From: a bacterium
Lineage (GTDB): Bacteria; Patescibacteriota; Minisyncoccia; Phycocordibacterales; JAKAEA01
Assembly: GCA_021785065.1 (NCBI GenBank)
Contig: JAJYGQ010000017.1
Coordinates: 925-64,924 of the forward strand
DNA length: 64,000 nt
Direction of reading: 5' to 3'
Both the position numbers and the translations under genes were made by a program. The notes under the pieces were generated by a model. It ran no database searches. It was not told the DNA's origin and worked only from the letters and a program-made list of their open reading frames with translations. Positions 1-9,935 of the stretch are shown here, one piece after another (the first letter of the stretch is position 1; each line of letters opens with the position of its first letter).

Positions 1-333
1 ACCAACGCTGTCGCCAACATTAATTTTCTTAATAATATCGCGAGCAGCAATAAATTCTCGGCCGTAAATAATACCGGTACCGTAGGGTGGTAAATCAACA
101 TATACCGCACCTTTATCAATTGCAATAACTAAACCTTCGACGAGATCTCCAACTGATGGCGGTGTTGCGCTATCAGCCAGAATTTTTCCCATCAAAGTTT
201 CTTTTTTAACAACCTCTTTTTGGGAGCGAATTTCTGTTTTTAAATTTTCTTCTTTTTCTTCCGTATCAGTATTAGACGTTATTTTTTCTTGTTCAGTAGC
301 AACTTCTTCAACTACTTTTTTTGTTCGTGGCAT
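1..333 (-). CDS. rpsA: 30S ribosomal protein S1, N-terminal part; partial, continues beyond the window start
   Basis: The minus-strand ATG is the reverse complement of cat at 331-333, and the frame stays open to position 1. The translation MPRTKKVVEEV...SVGDLVEGLVIAIDKGAVYVDLPPYGTGIIYGREF matches the first S1 domain (E. coli [21 protein letters not shown]). It is absent from the ORF track because there is no stop inside the window. Confidence 0.55.
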   Translation of the reverse strand, partial: MPRTKKVVEEVATEQEKITSNTDTEEKEENLKTEIRSQKEVVKKETLMGKILADSATPPSVGDLVEGLVIAIDKGAVYVDLPPYGTGIIYGREFIAARDIIKKINVGDSVG

Positions 334-429
334 ATAATAAAACACAAAAAAACACGTAAGGTCCGTTTAAGTATCGTGGCGGTAGAAACGGGGTTACTTA
401 CATGACTGCTAATAAGGTTCATACTATAT

Positions 430-1125
430 ATGAATGCTAAAAAATTGCAAATACTACCGCGGATTTGTTACACTGACGCTATGATTATTACATCCCAAGG
501 CAACCAGTTTCTAAAACTTCAGGTTGGCGATCTTGTTGTGGCGGTAAATCCGATTTCAAAAGATTCAACGTTGAAGACCAGTCGGTTCGGTGCGGATATT
601 TGTCTTGTTAGCATTAATCACCCGGATTTTAATGGTACAGAACAGGTAGCGCTCGGTGGTAAACAACCACTCGTGATACATGGTCCGGGAGAATATGAGA
701 TTCGCGAAGTTTTTATTCGTGGTTTGCCGTCGCATTCATCCTATGCCCAAACAAAGGGAGGTCTCATGAATACCATTTATCGTTTTATTTTTGATGGTAT
801 TAATATTTGTGTTTTAGGGGCTCTCGATACTGCAAGTTTGCCGGCTGAAACAAAAGAGGATTTAGGGGAAATTGATATTCTCTTTTTACCGATTGGTGGT
901 GATGGTACATTGTCACCGGCGGAAGCATACAAACTAGCGGTATCGCTTGAACCGAAGCTTATTATTCCGCTTGGTTATGATGCGCCTGGTGCCGTTAAAG
1001 ATGCCCTTAAAATTTTTCTTAAAGAAGCCGGTGAAAGTGTGACGGCAGTAGATAAATTAACGCTGAAACGTAAGGACTTAGATGGTAAAGAAGGGGACGT
1101 CGCAGTATTGGCATGCCAGCAATAA
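430..1125 (+). CDS. MBL-fold metallo-hydrolase (Lactamase_B_3-like). The true start may be the internal Met at 481 (MIITSQG).
   Basis: Track ORF. The layout MIITSQGNQFLKLQVGDLVVAVNP...DILFLPIGGDGTLSPAEAYKLAVSLEPKLIIPLGYD is typical of small metallo-beta-lactamase-fold hydrolases. Confidence 0.5.
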   Translation: MNAKKLQILPRICYTDAMIITSQGNQFLKLQVGDLVVAVNPISKDSTLKTSRFGADICLVSINHPDFNGTEQVALGGKQPLVIHGPGEYEIREVFIRGLPSHSSYAQTKGGLMNTIYRFIFDGINICVLGALDTASLPAETKEDLGEIDILFLPIGGDGTLSPAEAYKLAVSLEPKLIIPLGYDAPGAVKDALKIFLKEAGESVTAVDKLTLKRKDLDGKEGDVAVLACQQ

Positions 1126-1128
1126 AAA

Positions 1129-1650
1129 GTGTACACTAGGAGTATGCAAAATCATCTCCACGATTTCATCATTTCCGCTCGTCAATGGCCAGAACATCAT
1201 AGAAAAATGTTTGCGATGGGGGTAAGTAGTGTTATTACGCTCGCTATTGCGGTGGGGTGGGTAGCTACACTACCTGGTCAGTTTGCGGCGCTTCTTAGTG
1301 TGCCACTCCCCACACAAACACAGGCTGCGGCTGTCAGTCTTTCTGTTGTGCCATCACCAACAGCAGCACAAGGAACTCAAGCCACTCCAACACTGCAGAA
1401 TACTTTCCAGCAAGGTTCGCAAATTATTGAATCTATGCAGAAAAATTTTAACACCATTTTTTCTAGTTCAACTCCTCAAAGTAGCACTGCTACATCAGCA
1501 GCACCGACAGTAATAACAATTACAAACTCGTCTTCACAACAAGAAGCTCAAAATAGTAATCCTTATACAAATTTGAAGTACTATGTTTCGAACGGAGTAC
1601 TCATTACTAATTCTTCCGCAGCGGGAACATCTACAGCAACGAGCAGTTAA
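1129..1650 (+). CDS. Hypothetical membrane-anchored protein with a Ser/Thr/Gln-rich low-complexity tail
   Basis: Track ORF with one hydrophobic segment (VSSVITLAIAVGWVATL) followed by a low-complexity S/T/Q region. No recognisable domain. Confidence 0.35.
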   Translation: MYTRSMQNHLHDFIISARQWPEHHRKMFAMGVSSVITLAIAVGWVATLPGQFAALLSVPLPTQTQAAAVSLSVVPSPTAAQGTQATPTLQNTFQQGSQIIESMQKNFNTIFSSSTPQSSTATSAAPTVITITNSSSQQEAQNSNPYTNLKYYVSNGVLITNSSAAGTSTATSS

Positions 1651-1695
1651 TGTTCTTGAGGAAAAGCTTGCAACGTGCTAAAATAAAGGTTTACT

Positions 1696-4182
1696 ATGCC
1701 CGATAAAGGTAAAAAAACAACCGTCGCAGTAGCGGCGGATTCTAATCCGCGAGTAAATGTTATTGATCGCAATATCTCTACCGAGATGCGCGAGGCTTTT
1801 ATCGACTATGCAATGTCGGTAATTACCGATCGCGCATTGCCCGACGTTCGTGATGGTTTAAAGCCAGTGCATCGTCGTATTCTCTACACCTTGCATGAGC
1901 TCGGCTTAACGGCTGGTGCTAAAACTCGTAAGTCGGCGAAAATCGTCGGTGACGTGACTGGTAACTATCACCCGCACGGCACCATTGCGGTGTACGATGC
2001 ATTGGTAAAGCTTGCTCAAGATTTTTCTATGCGTTATCCGCTCGTTATCGGTCAAGGTAACTTCGGTTCCATTGACGGCGATTCGGCTGCCGCTGATCGC
2101 TACACCGAGGCAAAAATGTCCCGGATAGCTAGCGAAATGTTGCGGGATATTGATAAGGAAACCGTTGATTTTCGTCCTAACTACGAAGGCACGCGTAAGG
2201 AGCCGAGCGTGCTTCCAGCCGCAGTCCCTAATCTTTTATTGAACGGCACACTTGGTATTGCTGTTGGTATGGCCACGAACGTGCCGCCGCACAATCTTAA
2301 TGAAATCACCGATGCGGCAGTGCATCTCATTGATAATACCGACGCTACCAACGAAGACCTGATGCAGTTTGTCCAAGGTCCTGATTTTCCCACTGGCGGC
2401 GTGATTTACGGCGAAAAAGACATTCACCATGCGTATGCTAATGGTAAAGGTTCTATTGTAGTGCGCGGCGAAGCGGAAATTATTGAAACGAAGTCGGGCA
2501 GCTACCAAATTATCATTACCTCTATTCCGTATCGCGTGAATAAAGCGTCGCTTATTCAGTCGATTGCTGATCATCATCGCGAGAAAAAACTCGAGGGTCT
2601 GCGCGAATTGCGTGATGAATCAACCGCCGATATTCGCATCGTTATCGAACTAAAAAGTGGAGCCAATCCGCAGGCGGTACTCAATTACCTCTATAAGCAC
2701 ACCCAGCTAGAAGAGCCGTTCCACCTCAACGTGGTGGCGCTTGTTGATGGTGTTCCCCAGACACTCTCCCTCAAAACTATTCTGCAGGAATTTCTTGTGC
2801 ATCGCGGTACGGTGATTCGTCGTCGCACTGAATTCGATCTTCGCCAAGCTCTCGACCGCGAGCACATTTTAATTGGTTTAAAGAAAGCCCTCGACCATAT
2901 CGACGAAATTATTAAGCTCATTAAAAAATCTAAAGATACACCAACGGCGCACGCTGGTTTGATGAAAGAGTTTAAATTTAGCGAGCGGCAAGCCACGGCA
3001 ATTTTGGATATGAAGCTGCAACGCCTGGCTGGTCTGGAGCGCAAGAAAATAGAAGATGAACTCACCGCGGTGCAAGCGCTCATTAAAGAGCTCAAGGAAA
3101 TTTTAGCTAACCCCAAAAAATTACTCGGCATTATTAAAACCGAACTTACTGAAATTAAGAAAAAATATGGCGACGAGCGGCGCACTAAGGTAGTTAAACA
3201 TGCGGCCAAGAGTTTTTCGGCGGAGGATTTGGTGGCCGACGAGGAGTCGGTGCTCGTGCTTACTGCCGGAGGCTATATCAAGCGCACCGATCCGAGCGAG
3301 TACCGTAAGCAGCGGCGCGGGGGAGTGGGAGTTGTTGATTTAGATACCAAAGAGGAAGATTTCGTTACGCACCTTGTCACTACTAATACGCACAGCGATC
3401 TACTCTTCTTTACTGATCGTGGCAAGGTCTACCAAATGAAAATGTATGAGATTCCGGAAGGGCGTCGAGCCACGAAAGGCAAGTCGATTATGAATTTTCT
3501 AGCCCTCGAGCAAGGGGAGCGGGTAACGTCTATTTTGCCGATGCCGAAAGAAACGAAAAAAGGTGACGCTCTCGGTGCCTTAAGCGTGCTTATGGTGACC
3601 CGTGATGGAGTGGCAAAAAAAACAGCCACGAAAGCGTTTGGCGATGTACGCCGCTCGGGCATTATTGCTATCAAGCTTGCAAGTGGCGATCAGCTCGTGT
3701 CTGCCGAATTTGTTGGCCGGGGAGATGACATTGTGCTCGCCACCGCAAAGGGGCAATCAATTCGTTTTAAAGAATCTGATGTGCGTGAGATGGGGCGGGC
3801 GGCGGGTGGGGTGACGGCAATGCGTCTTGATAAAGGTGATCAAATCATCAGTGCTGACGCCGTTAAAAAAGATCTTAAAAATCCTGCTCTGCTCGTCGTT
3901 ATGAAAAACGGTTACGGTAAAAAGACTGAGCTTGGTGAATACAAAGTGCAAAAGCGTGCCGGTTCCGGTATTAAAACCGCTCAAGTAACGAGTAAAACGG
4001 GCGACGTAATTGCCGCAAAAGTTGTTGCTGAAGGAGAAGATGAACTCGTAGCAATGTCAAAAAAGAGTCAGGTAATTCGCGTGGCTATTAATGAGATTCC
4101 CTCACTTGGTCGCCAAACCCAAGGCGTACGCATTATGAAGCTTCGTGAGGGCGATGCTATCGCTGCTGGCGTCATTTTGTAA
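1696..4182 (+). CDS. gyrA: DNA gyrase subunit A
   Basis: Translation carries the canonical GyrA motifs: [26 protein letters not shown], the active-site region, and the C-terminal beta-pinwheel repeats. 828 aa. Confidence 0.95.
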   Translation: MPDKGKKTTVAVAADSNPRVNVIDRNISTEMREAFIDYAMSVITDRALPDVRDGLKPVHRRILYTLHELGLTAGAKTRKSAKIVGDVTGNYHPHGTIAVYDALVKLAQDFSMRYPLVIGQGNFGSIDGDSAAADRYTEAKMSRIASEMLRDIDKETVDFRPNYEGTRKEPSVLPAAVPNLLLNGTLGIAVGMATNVPPHNLNEITDAAVHLIDNTDATNEDLMQFVQGPDFPTGGVIYGEKDIHHAYANGKGSIVVRGEAEIIETKSGSYQIIITSIPYRVNKASLIQSIADHHREKKLEGLRELRDESTADIRIVIELKSGANPQAVLNYLYKHTQLEEPFHLNVVALVDGVPQTLSLKTILQEFLVHRGTVIRRRTEFDLRQALDREHILIGLKKALDHIDEIIKLIKKSKDTPTAHAGLMKEFKFSERQATAILDMKLQRLAGLERKKIEDELTAVQALIKELKEILANPKKLLGIIKTELTEIKKKYGDERRTKVVKHAAKSFSAEDLVADEESVLVLTAGGYIKRTDPSEYRKQRRGGVGVVDLDTKEEDFVTHLVTTNTHSDLLFFTDRGKVYQMKMYEIPEGRRATKGKSIMNFLALEQGERVTSILPMPKETKKGDALGALSVLMVTRDGVAKKTATKAFGDVRRSGIIAIKLASGDQLVSAEFVGRGDDIVLATAKGQSIRFKESDVREMGRAAGGVTAMRLDKGDQIISADAVKKDLKNPALLVVMKNGYGKKTELGEYKVQKRAGSGIKTAQVTSKTGDVIAAKVVAEGEDELVAMSKKSQVIRVAINEIPSLGRQTQGVRIMKLREGDAIAAGVIL

Positions 4183-4222
4183 TTGTCACAATTTTTTATA
4201 GTGAATTTGCTATACTATACGC

Positions 4223-4750
4223 ATGGCATTTTCTAGCCCGATAGATATTCTTTCACGATTCGGTCTTCACGAAGGACACGTTGTTGCCGATCTCGGTGCG
4301 GGATCGGGGTTCTATACGCTTGCTGCGGCGAAATTGGTTGGTGAAGGCGGTAAGGTATATGCCATTGAAATTCAAAAAGAAGTGCTCGCTCGGCTTGTGC
4401 AGCATGCTCGCCAGGAGCATCTTAAGCATCTTATTTTTATTCATGGTGATGCTGAAAAACCCCAAGGAAGTACCATTGCTGACAGCATGGTTGATGCGGT
4501 ACTGCTGTGTAATGTCCTGTTCCAAACAGAGCAAAAAGCAACATTGCTAGCAGAAGCAAAACGGATTCTCAAACCAGGCGGACGGGTGCTTGTGGTTGAT
4601 TGGGCGGGTAGTTTTGGGGGGACTGGTCCGCAGCCGCAATATGTGGTGATCTCCGATATGGCTCGAGAGCTTTTTAAGCGTGCTGGTTTTGCGGAGGTAG
4701 GTCCTATTCCCGCTGGTGACCACCACTGGGGCTTTATTTTTAGAAAATAA
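4223..4750 (+). CDS. Class I SAM-dependent methyltransferase
   Basis: Motif I is VVADLGAGSGFYTLAAA and motif III-like is ILKPGGRVLVVDW. 175 aa. Confidence 0.65.
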   Translation: MAFSSPIDILSRFGLHEGHVVADLGAGSGFYTLAAAKLVGEGGKVYAIEIQKEVLARLVQHARQEHLKHLIFIHGDAEKPQGSTIADSMVDAVLLCNVLFQTEQKATLLAEAKRILKPGGRVLVVDWAGSFGGTGPQPQYVVISDMARELFKRAGFAEVGPIPAGDHHWGFIFRK

Positions 4751-4751
4751 C

Positions 4752-6080
4752 ATGCTGAGAAAAAAGAACACTAGCGGTATTGCAATGTTTCGCGTCATTT
4801 TACTCGTAGTATTCGGTGCTTTTATTGTAGCTGGAATTTTTTCTTTTGCTTTGTACCGTGGTGGCTCCTCAAGTCAGATGCCCACTATCATCATTTGGGG
4901 CACACTTGATCAAGGTACGATGAGTACACTCATTAACAAAGCAGCTGGCACAAAAGCAAATATCCAATATGTACAAAAAGATCCGACGACATTTAACAGT
5001 GATCTCGTTAATGCGGTAGCTGTTGGTACCGGTCCTGATGTTATTTTAGGTACCCAGGATCAAATTTTTTCAAACAGTAAATTACTCACTATTATTCCTT
5101 ATACCAGTTATCCGCAGCGTACGTTTCTCTCAACATTTATTCCTGAAGCTGATTTGTATTTAGAGTCACAAGGTCTTCTCGCGATTCCTATTGGTGTCGA
5201 TCCACTTATTATGTACTGGAACCGAGCACTCTTTTCTAATGCTGACATTGCTACGCCGCCGACCACGTGGGACCAACTTGTTTCGCTTGTACCCAAACTT
5301 ACCGTAGCCGATAAATCCTACAATATTAGCCAGAGTACAGTTGGTATGGGAGATTACGTGAATGTACAGAATGCACAAGCTATTCTCTCGCTGCTTATGC
5401 TGCAGGCCGGTAATCCTATTGTGAGTATTGATCCAAATGGCAATCTCGTAGCCGCAATTGGAGGAGGAAGCAGTGAGGCTACCGCTGCCGCAAACGCTCT
5501 CTCGTTCTACACACAATTTGCCGATCCCACCTCAGCGACATATAGCTGGAACCGGGCACTCTTGAATTCGCAAGATATGTTTATTGCTAATCAGCTTGCT
5601 ATATATTTTGGTTTTGCCAGTGAGTACAACACTCTTTCGCAGAAAAATCCTAATCTTGATTTTGATGTAGCGACGGTCCCGCAGTTTAGTAAAAATACTA
5701 ACGGCCAATTGGGCGGATCGGGACAATACACCACCTTCGGTAATCTCTACAGTTTTGCTATTCTTCGTCAGTCGCCCAATGCCGCCGCCGCTCTCACTGA
5801 TATTCTCACGCTCACCTCGCAAAACGCGGCGACATTATGGAATTCTTTTACGGGATTACCAGCCGCTCGACTCGATTCTCTAGCGGTTAATCCTGCCAAC
5901 CCAATTGAGCCAATTCTTAGTCAGTCGGCGTTATGGGCTCGTGGCTGGATTGATCCTAATCAAAGTGCAACGAGTCAAATTTTCCAGTCTATGGTAGATA
6001 GTGTTACGTCTGGTCAAGCGGGTCCTTCGCAAGCGGTAATTACTGCGCAAAGTGAACTTAGTACCGCTTTGCAACAATAG
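4752..6080 (+). CDS. Membrane-anchored extracellular solute-binding protein (ABC-type SBP family 1-like, probably sugar or oligosaccharide binding)
   Basis: The track ORF opens at a GTG at 4716, but the first ATG at 4752 lies directly after the preceding stop. It has an N-terminal TM helix, then GTGPDVILGTQDQIF and NPNLDFDVATVPQ segments typical of SBP_bac_1 proteins. No permease or ATPase gene is adjacent. Confidence 0.45.
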   Translation: MLRKKNTSGIAMFRVILLVVFGAFIVAGIFSFALYRGGSSSQMPTIIIWGTLDQGTMSTLINKAAGTKANIQYVQKDPTTFNSDLVNAVAVGTGPDVILGTQDQIFSNSKLLTIIPYTSYPQRTFLSTFIPEADLYLESQGLLAIPIGVDPLIMYWNRALFSNADIATPPTTWDQLVSLVPKLTVADKSYNISQSTVGMGDYVNVQNAQAILSLLMLQAGNPIVSIDPNGNLVAAIGGGSSEATAAANALSFYTQFADPTSATYSWNRALLNSQDMFIANQLAIYFGFASEYNTLSQKNPNLDFDVATVPQFSKNTNGQLGGSGQYTTFGNLYSFAILRQSPNAAAALTDILTLTSQNAATLWNSFTGLPAARLDSLAVNPANPIEPILSQSALWARGWIDPNQSATSQIFQSMVDSVTSGQAGPSQAVITAQSELSTALQQ

Positions 6081-6081
6081 T

Positions 6082-6573
6082 ATGAAAATTTCCATTAAAA
6101 AAATCACCCACATCACAGCGATCTTGCTTGTTTCGGGGATTATCGTAAGTGTTTCTGGTGTTGCGCTTTCGGTGATGGCTGCTCCACAGCCGCCGCTCAC
6201 AAGCGTTGGTGGTTTGGTGCCGTGTGGTAATGGTAGCGGCGCGCAATTAAGTAATAAAAATGGCACCACTAATTTTTATGCTACTGGTAATACTGCTTCA
6301 ACGACCGCTTGCGATTTCGCTGGCTTTGTTGATCTCGTTAAAAACGTTACCAACTTTCTTATTATCCTTTCGGCGCCAATTTTTGTTGGTATTATGATAT
6401 GGGCTGGCATTAAACTGCTTTTAGCACCTGCGAGTCAAGAACAAATTAAAAGAGTTAAGCAGGTTCTTTTTGATACGCTCATCGCCTTTATTATTATTCT
6501 TGCTGGTTGGCTTATTGTGCATGTGATAGCAACAGCACTCTTTAATTCGTCATTTAATATGTTTCAACCATAA
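6082..6573 (+). CDS. Small secreted two-helix membrane protein, VirB2/TrbC-like pilin family; paralog 1 of 5
   Basis: It has a signal peptide and a Cys pair (CGNG...C). Two C-terminal hydrophobic helices (IILSAPIFVGIMIWAGIKLLL and LIAFIIILAGWLIVHVIATALF) are separated by a charged loop (APASQEQIKRVKQ). The ATG at 6082 follows the upstream stop at 6078-6080. Confidence 0.45.
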   Translation: MKISIKKITHITAILLVSGIIVSVSGVALSVMAAPQPPLTSVGGLVPCGNGSGAQLSNKNGTTNFYATGNTASTTACDFAGFVDLVKNVTNFLIILSAPIFVGIMIWAGIKLLLAPASQEQIKRVKQVLFDTLIAFIIILAGWLIVHVIATALFNSSFNMFQP

Positions 6574-6578
6574 TTACT

Positions 6579-7061
6579 ATGATTCGTTATATTTCAAGAG
6601 GATATCTTATTTTTAATATTATTGCGGTGTTTGCGCTCTTTTTTGTTTCGGCGTTGCCGTTGTACCACGCCTCGGCAAATTCACTTCTCAATACCAACAC
6701 CACCCAAAGTCAAGCTGCCTCCTCAAATACAAACACGAGTGGTACGGGCATGGACCTCAATCCATTTAAGGGTGGAACGCTTTGTGACTTTTTAGTAACG
6801 TTACTCGACATTATTACAGAGATCGCGGCGATAGTGGGTGTGCTCGTGCTTATCGGTATTGGCTTTTACTACATACTGGCGCAGGGTAATAAAGAAAAAC
6901 TAGCGACGGCGCACCGTGCTCTTTTTGTAAGTATCATTGCTATCACATTACTTCTTGGCGCGTCTGTATTTGCTCATATTCTCATCACTACGGTTAACGC
7001 AGTTCTTGCGGCTGGCGGCGGCGGGTTTGCGAATCAATCAGCGCTGACGTGTTCACCGTAA
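6579..7061 (+). CDS. VirB2/TrbC-like pilin family protein; paralog 2
   Basis: Signal peptide. The layout CDFLVTLLDIITEIAAIVGVLVLIGIGFYYIL, loop AQGNKEKLATAHR, then ALFVSIIAITLLLGASVFAHIL resembles mature A. tumefaciens VirB2. Confidence 0.45.
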   Translation: MIRYISRGYLIFNIIAVFALFFVSALPLYHASANSLLNTNTTQSQAASSNTNTSGTGMDLNPFKGGTLCDFLVTLLDIITEIAAIVGVLVLIGIGFYYILAQGNKEKLATAHRALFVSIIAITLLLGASVFAHILITTVNAVLAAGGGGFANQSALTCSP

Positions 7062-7107
7062 ATTTTGCGAAGTATGTTATTATTAAAAAACCAAATAATT
7101 CCATAGT

Positions 7108-7521
7108 ATGACCAGCCTGCAACAACTCGTTGATTCACTTATAAAATTAGCAAATACTATAGTACCTCTTCTGCTTTCTGTTGCGGTTATTGTCTTTATT
7201 TGGGGAATAATTCGCTATCTCTGGATTCGTCCCGATAGTCCCGATGAACGAAAGAATCTTCGGAATTTTTTAATTATGGGGGTTATTGCTATTACGGTAA
7301 TTCTATCTATTTGGGGATTATCAACAATGCTTAAAAATACTCTTTTCCCCTCTGCGCCTTGTCCGGTCGGTGTAGCAGGCTGTGGATCGTCGGCCGCGAC
7401 ATCAGGTGGTCCTAGTAGTCCTAATAGTTCCAACAGTTCTAGTAATCCTTCCGGCGTTCAATATAATAACGGTACCTACTACCAGACACAGCCTACTTCT
7501 CCTTTAATACAAGGTGTGTAG
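7108..7521 (+). CDS. VirB2/TrbC-like pilin family protein; paralog 3
   Basis: Helix TIVPLLLSVAVIVFIWGIIRYLWI, loop RPDSPDERKNLR, then NFLIMGVIAITVILSIWG, plus a Gly/Ser/Asn-rich tail. Confidence 0.45.
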   Translation: MTSLQQLVDSLIKLANTIVPLLLSVAVIVFIWGIIRYLWIRPDSPDERKNLRNFLIMGVIAITVILSIWGLSTMLKNTLFPSAPCPVGVAGCGSSAATSGGPSSPNSSNSSSNPSGVQYNNGTYYQTQPTSPLIQGV

Positions 7522-7644
7522 TCGAAATTTGCCTTCAAAGATATCCACAATGCTAGCGATTTGCTTGCTTGCATTTACCAGAGGGCCCCGTATACTTAAA
7601 GTAAATAAAACGTCGTTATTTACACGGCCATTAATTTTAAAAAA

Positions 7645-8073
7645 ATGAGAAAAATTATTTCTTCCGTTGGGCTTATCGCAGGTGGTCTCGTTGCTGTAGC
7701 CGCACCGCTTGTAGCGTTTGGACAACAAAACAATATCGGCTCAGCAGGACAGGGCGCTCTCTACCAATTAAATGGTGTCGTGGGTTCAACGGGAAGTTTG
7801 GTGGCAACATCAAATAATGTCCTTAATATGGTAGTGGGACTCTTAATTACCCTTGCGGTCATTGTCTTTATTGTTAACGTCATTAGATTTGTCTTGAGTA
7901 AAAACGACGAAGAAGCAAGAAAGAATGCCAGAAAATACCTGATCTGGAGCGTTATTGCTATTGCGGTTATTATTGGACTTTTCGGAATTGCAAAACTTCT
8001 TTTGGCGACGTTTGGTATCAACGGTAATAATCTTCAGCAGTCCGATATTCCCACCACACCAATCTATCAGTAA
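7645..8073 (+). CDS. VirB2/TrbC-like pilin family protein; paralog 4
   Basis: Signal peptide. Helix VVGLLITLAVIVFIVNVIRFVL, loop SKNDEEARKNARK, then YLIWSVIAIAVIIGLFGIAKLLL. Confidence 0.45.
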   Translation: MRKIISSVGLIAGGLVAVAAPLVAFGQQNNIGSAGQGALYQLNGVVGSTGSLVATSNNVLNMVVGLLITLAVIVFIVNVIRFVLSKNDEEARKNARKYLIWSVIAIAVIIGLFGIAKLLLATFGINGNNLQQSDIPTTPIYQ

Positions 8074-8085
8074 TCTCCACCCGCG

Positions 8086-8439
8086 GTGAGCATCCCTCAA
8101 TCTTTGGCGGCTACAGGTGTTATTTCAGGAAGTCCTTATTACGCTGCTATACGTGATGATGTGGTAATGCCCATCATCTACCTGGCTTTTGCGGCGGCTC
8201 TACTTGTCTTTATTTGGGGAATGATTCGCTACCTTGTTGCGCTGCATAATGGAGCGGCAGATGAAAAACGTCAGGCAGGGCAGCGACATATGATTTGGGG
8301 CGCCATCGGCATCGCCATCATGATCTCTGTTTTTGGAATTATGCAATTTATTTGGGGCACACTGGCGAGTTTGCCGGGTGGAAGTCAGGGGTTTAATGGC
8401 CAAACAGCGACGCCGCCACCGGAAATCAACGGCTTGTAA
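8086..8439 (+). CDS. VirB2/TrbC-like pilin family protein; paralog 5
   Basis: Helix MPIIYLAFAAALLVFIWGMIRYLVA, loop LHNGAADEKRQAGQRH, then MIWGAIGIAIMISVFGIMQFIWG. It shares the IWG.IRYL motif with paralog 3. Confidence 0.45.
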   Translation: MSIPQSLAATGVISGSPYYAAIRDDVVMPIIYLAFAAALLVFIWGMIRYLVALHNGAADEKRQAGQRHMIWGAIGIAIMISVFGIMQFIWGTLASLPGGSQGFNGQTATPPPEINGL

Positions 8440-8479
8440 TTAAATTAGTTTTGTAAAATTAAAAATTGTCTATAAAAAA

Positions 8480-8516
8480 ACCCTCCCGGAGTGTGGCTCC
8501 AAGGAGGGTAGAGGTG
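8480..8516. terminator. Hairpin ccctcc(N16)ggaggg flanked by an A-run on plus and a T-run on minus; likely a bidirectional intrinsic terminator
   Basis: Plus strand reads aaaaaaaccctcccggagtgtggctccaaggagggt. On the minus strand the hairpin is followed by ttttttt, directly downstream of the stop of the 8534..9508 minus gene. Confidence 0.4.
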
Positions 8517-8533
8517 AGGGGGTGAGAACTTTT

Positions 8534-9508
8534 CTACTGGCGGTGTGTGAACCAGTAGTAAACTCGCCCCCAACAGGGAGAGGAGAAGATGATTCTGGAG
8601 GGAAGGGGAGATATGGATAACCTCTCTCTTCTCCAACCTTCTCTCCATCTCCTTCGGCCCAGCCTATAATAGACTGGGGCCCGGTTTGTGGGGGAGAACA
8701 GGACGTTAATCTTGTTCTCTCTCCGCACAACGGGAGAGATGTTCATGGTGAACACCTCCCCCGGCCACAGCGTCACCTCGTATGCTAGTGGCTGCCGATG
8801 CCGCGGCGCTTTGCGCCGCGGCGGGGGTGCCAGCGGAACCGCTGGCGAAACTGGCGGTGGCATAACCACTGTCGGTTTTGGAGACGGTGGCGCCTGGTGC
8901 ACCACCGTCCGCTGGTTATTGTTAACGTTCTTCACATTAACAATAAACGCGGGTGTCGTTGGTTGTGGCGCTGGCACCACTACCGCGTTTGGTGGCGGCA
9001 GTGGAGAGGTCATCATCACAACTGGTCGTTGTAGTGCTCCCGTCACTGCGGCTACGAGCCACATTACCAGCAGCACAGTCAAGACACTACTGGTGATGAT
9101 GATAATCCACCACCACCATACCGCTCGAATCAGCAATGATACTGCTACTCCGAGCGCGACCGTTGCCACCACGATCCAGAAAAGGATTGTGGTGGGGGGC
9201 ACTACGACTGCTATGAGCAGCAGTAGTAGTGCGCTGGCTATGATAGCCAGCGCGATCTTGCCCGCCAGATCCCACCACCGGTTTGGTGGTGTTGCTGACG
9301 GAGCCGCCGGAGTTGGTGTGGGTGGGGTGCTCCCACCCGAAGCCGGATTACGACGTACCATTTTTTTCTCCTTTTTCTTGGTCCTACTACCGCTTCCTTT
9401 TTTATTAGAAGAAGCGGTAGCGGATGGTTTACCTGTTCCAACTTTCACTGTGGTCACATTGACCACAGTGACTTCAACTCCCCCTTCGGGGCATTTCGGT
9501 TTTGGCAT
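8534..9508 (-). CDS. Hypothetical proline-rich membrane protein
   Basis: An RBS-like aaaagggg lies 8 nt upstream of the ATG at 9508. Three predicted TM helices sit among Pro-rich low-complexity stretches. The C-terminal ~60 aa are Arg-rich and look odd. The antisense ORF 8688..9524 was judged the shadow frame. Confidence 0.35.
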   Translation of the reverse strand: MPKPKCPEGGVEVTVVNVTTVKVGTGKPSATASSNKKGSGSRTKKKEKKMVRRNPASGGSTPPTPTPAAPSATPPNRWWDLAGKIALAIIASALLLLLIAVVVPPTTILFWIVVATVALGVAVSLLIRAVWWWWIIIITSSVLTVLLVMWLVAAVTGALQRPVVMMTSPLPPPNAVVVPAPQPTTPAFIVNVKNVNNNQRTVVHQAPPSPKPTVVMPPPVSPAVPLAPPPRRKAPRHRQPLAYEVTLWPGEVFTMNISPVVRRENKINVLFSPTNRAPVYYRLGRRRWREGWRRERLSISPLPSRIIFSSPCWGRVYYWFTHRQ

Positions 9509-9591
9509 TGCCTGCCCCTTTTAAAAAACAAATCAAAGATCAATACACACCGGCGCGTATTATATAAAATCTATAAAGAAATGTCAAGAGG

Positions 9592-9674
9592 TGGGCGGGG
9601 AGGGACTTGAACCCTCAACCCCTTGCGGGACATGGTCCTAAGCCATGCGCGTCTGCCAATTTCGCCACCCGCCC
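9592..9674 (-). tRNA. tRNA-Leu (anticodon TAG)
   Basis: The reverse complement folds as a type II tRNA. The acceptor stem is gggcggg/cccgccc. The anticodon arm catgg-cttagga-ccatg gives TAG, with a long variable arm, the T-arm gaggg-ttcaagt-ccctc, and discriminator A. Confidence 0.9.
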
Positions 9675-9935
9675 ATTTTTTAAGTGATATTTTTAGAACA
9701 TCAACTTTAAAAGGTAGATAAAATGTAGCACATAATGAGAAAATAATATATAAAAGCTTGACAAAGCTTTGTATTACAAAGTAGGATGGCGGAAGGTTGC
9801 TCTATATTTAGATGACCACAGTTTTGTGAGGAATTTTGTCTTAATATATTAGCGATTTCTTAATTTTTCATACGCGATGTTATGTAACAATGTCGCAATG
9901 TTACTGTCAATGGTTTCGTAATTTACATTTTTAGT

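Noticed and set aside
8440-8760. Possible RNase P, tmRNA or SRP RNA in the GC-rich hairpin region
   Set aside because: I could not find any of the conserved signatures: no GGAAAGUCCGG or ACAGAAA-type RNase P elements, no tmRNA tag reading frame with a 3' tRNA-like end, and no SRP domain IV motif. I kept it as an unexplained structured region under findings.
8688-9524. 278-aa plus-strand ORF (Gly, His and Thr-rich) antisense to the 8534..9508 gene
   Set aside because: The minus-strand partner has an RBS-like aaaagggg before its ATG, predicted TM helices and a downstream terminator on its strand. The plus ORF translates to low-complexity junk such as HHHH and GGGASGTAGETGGG, typical of a shadow frame.
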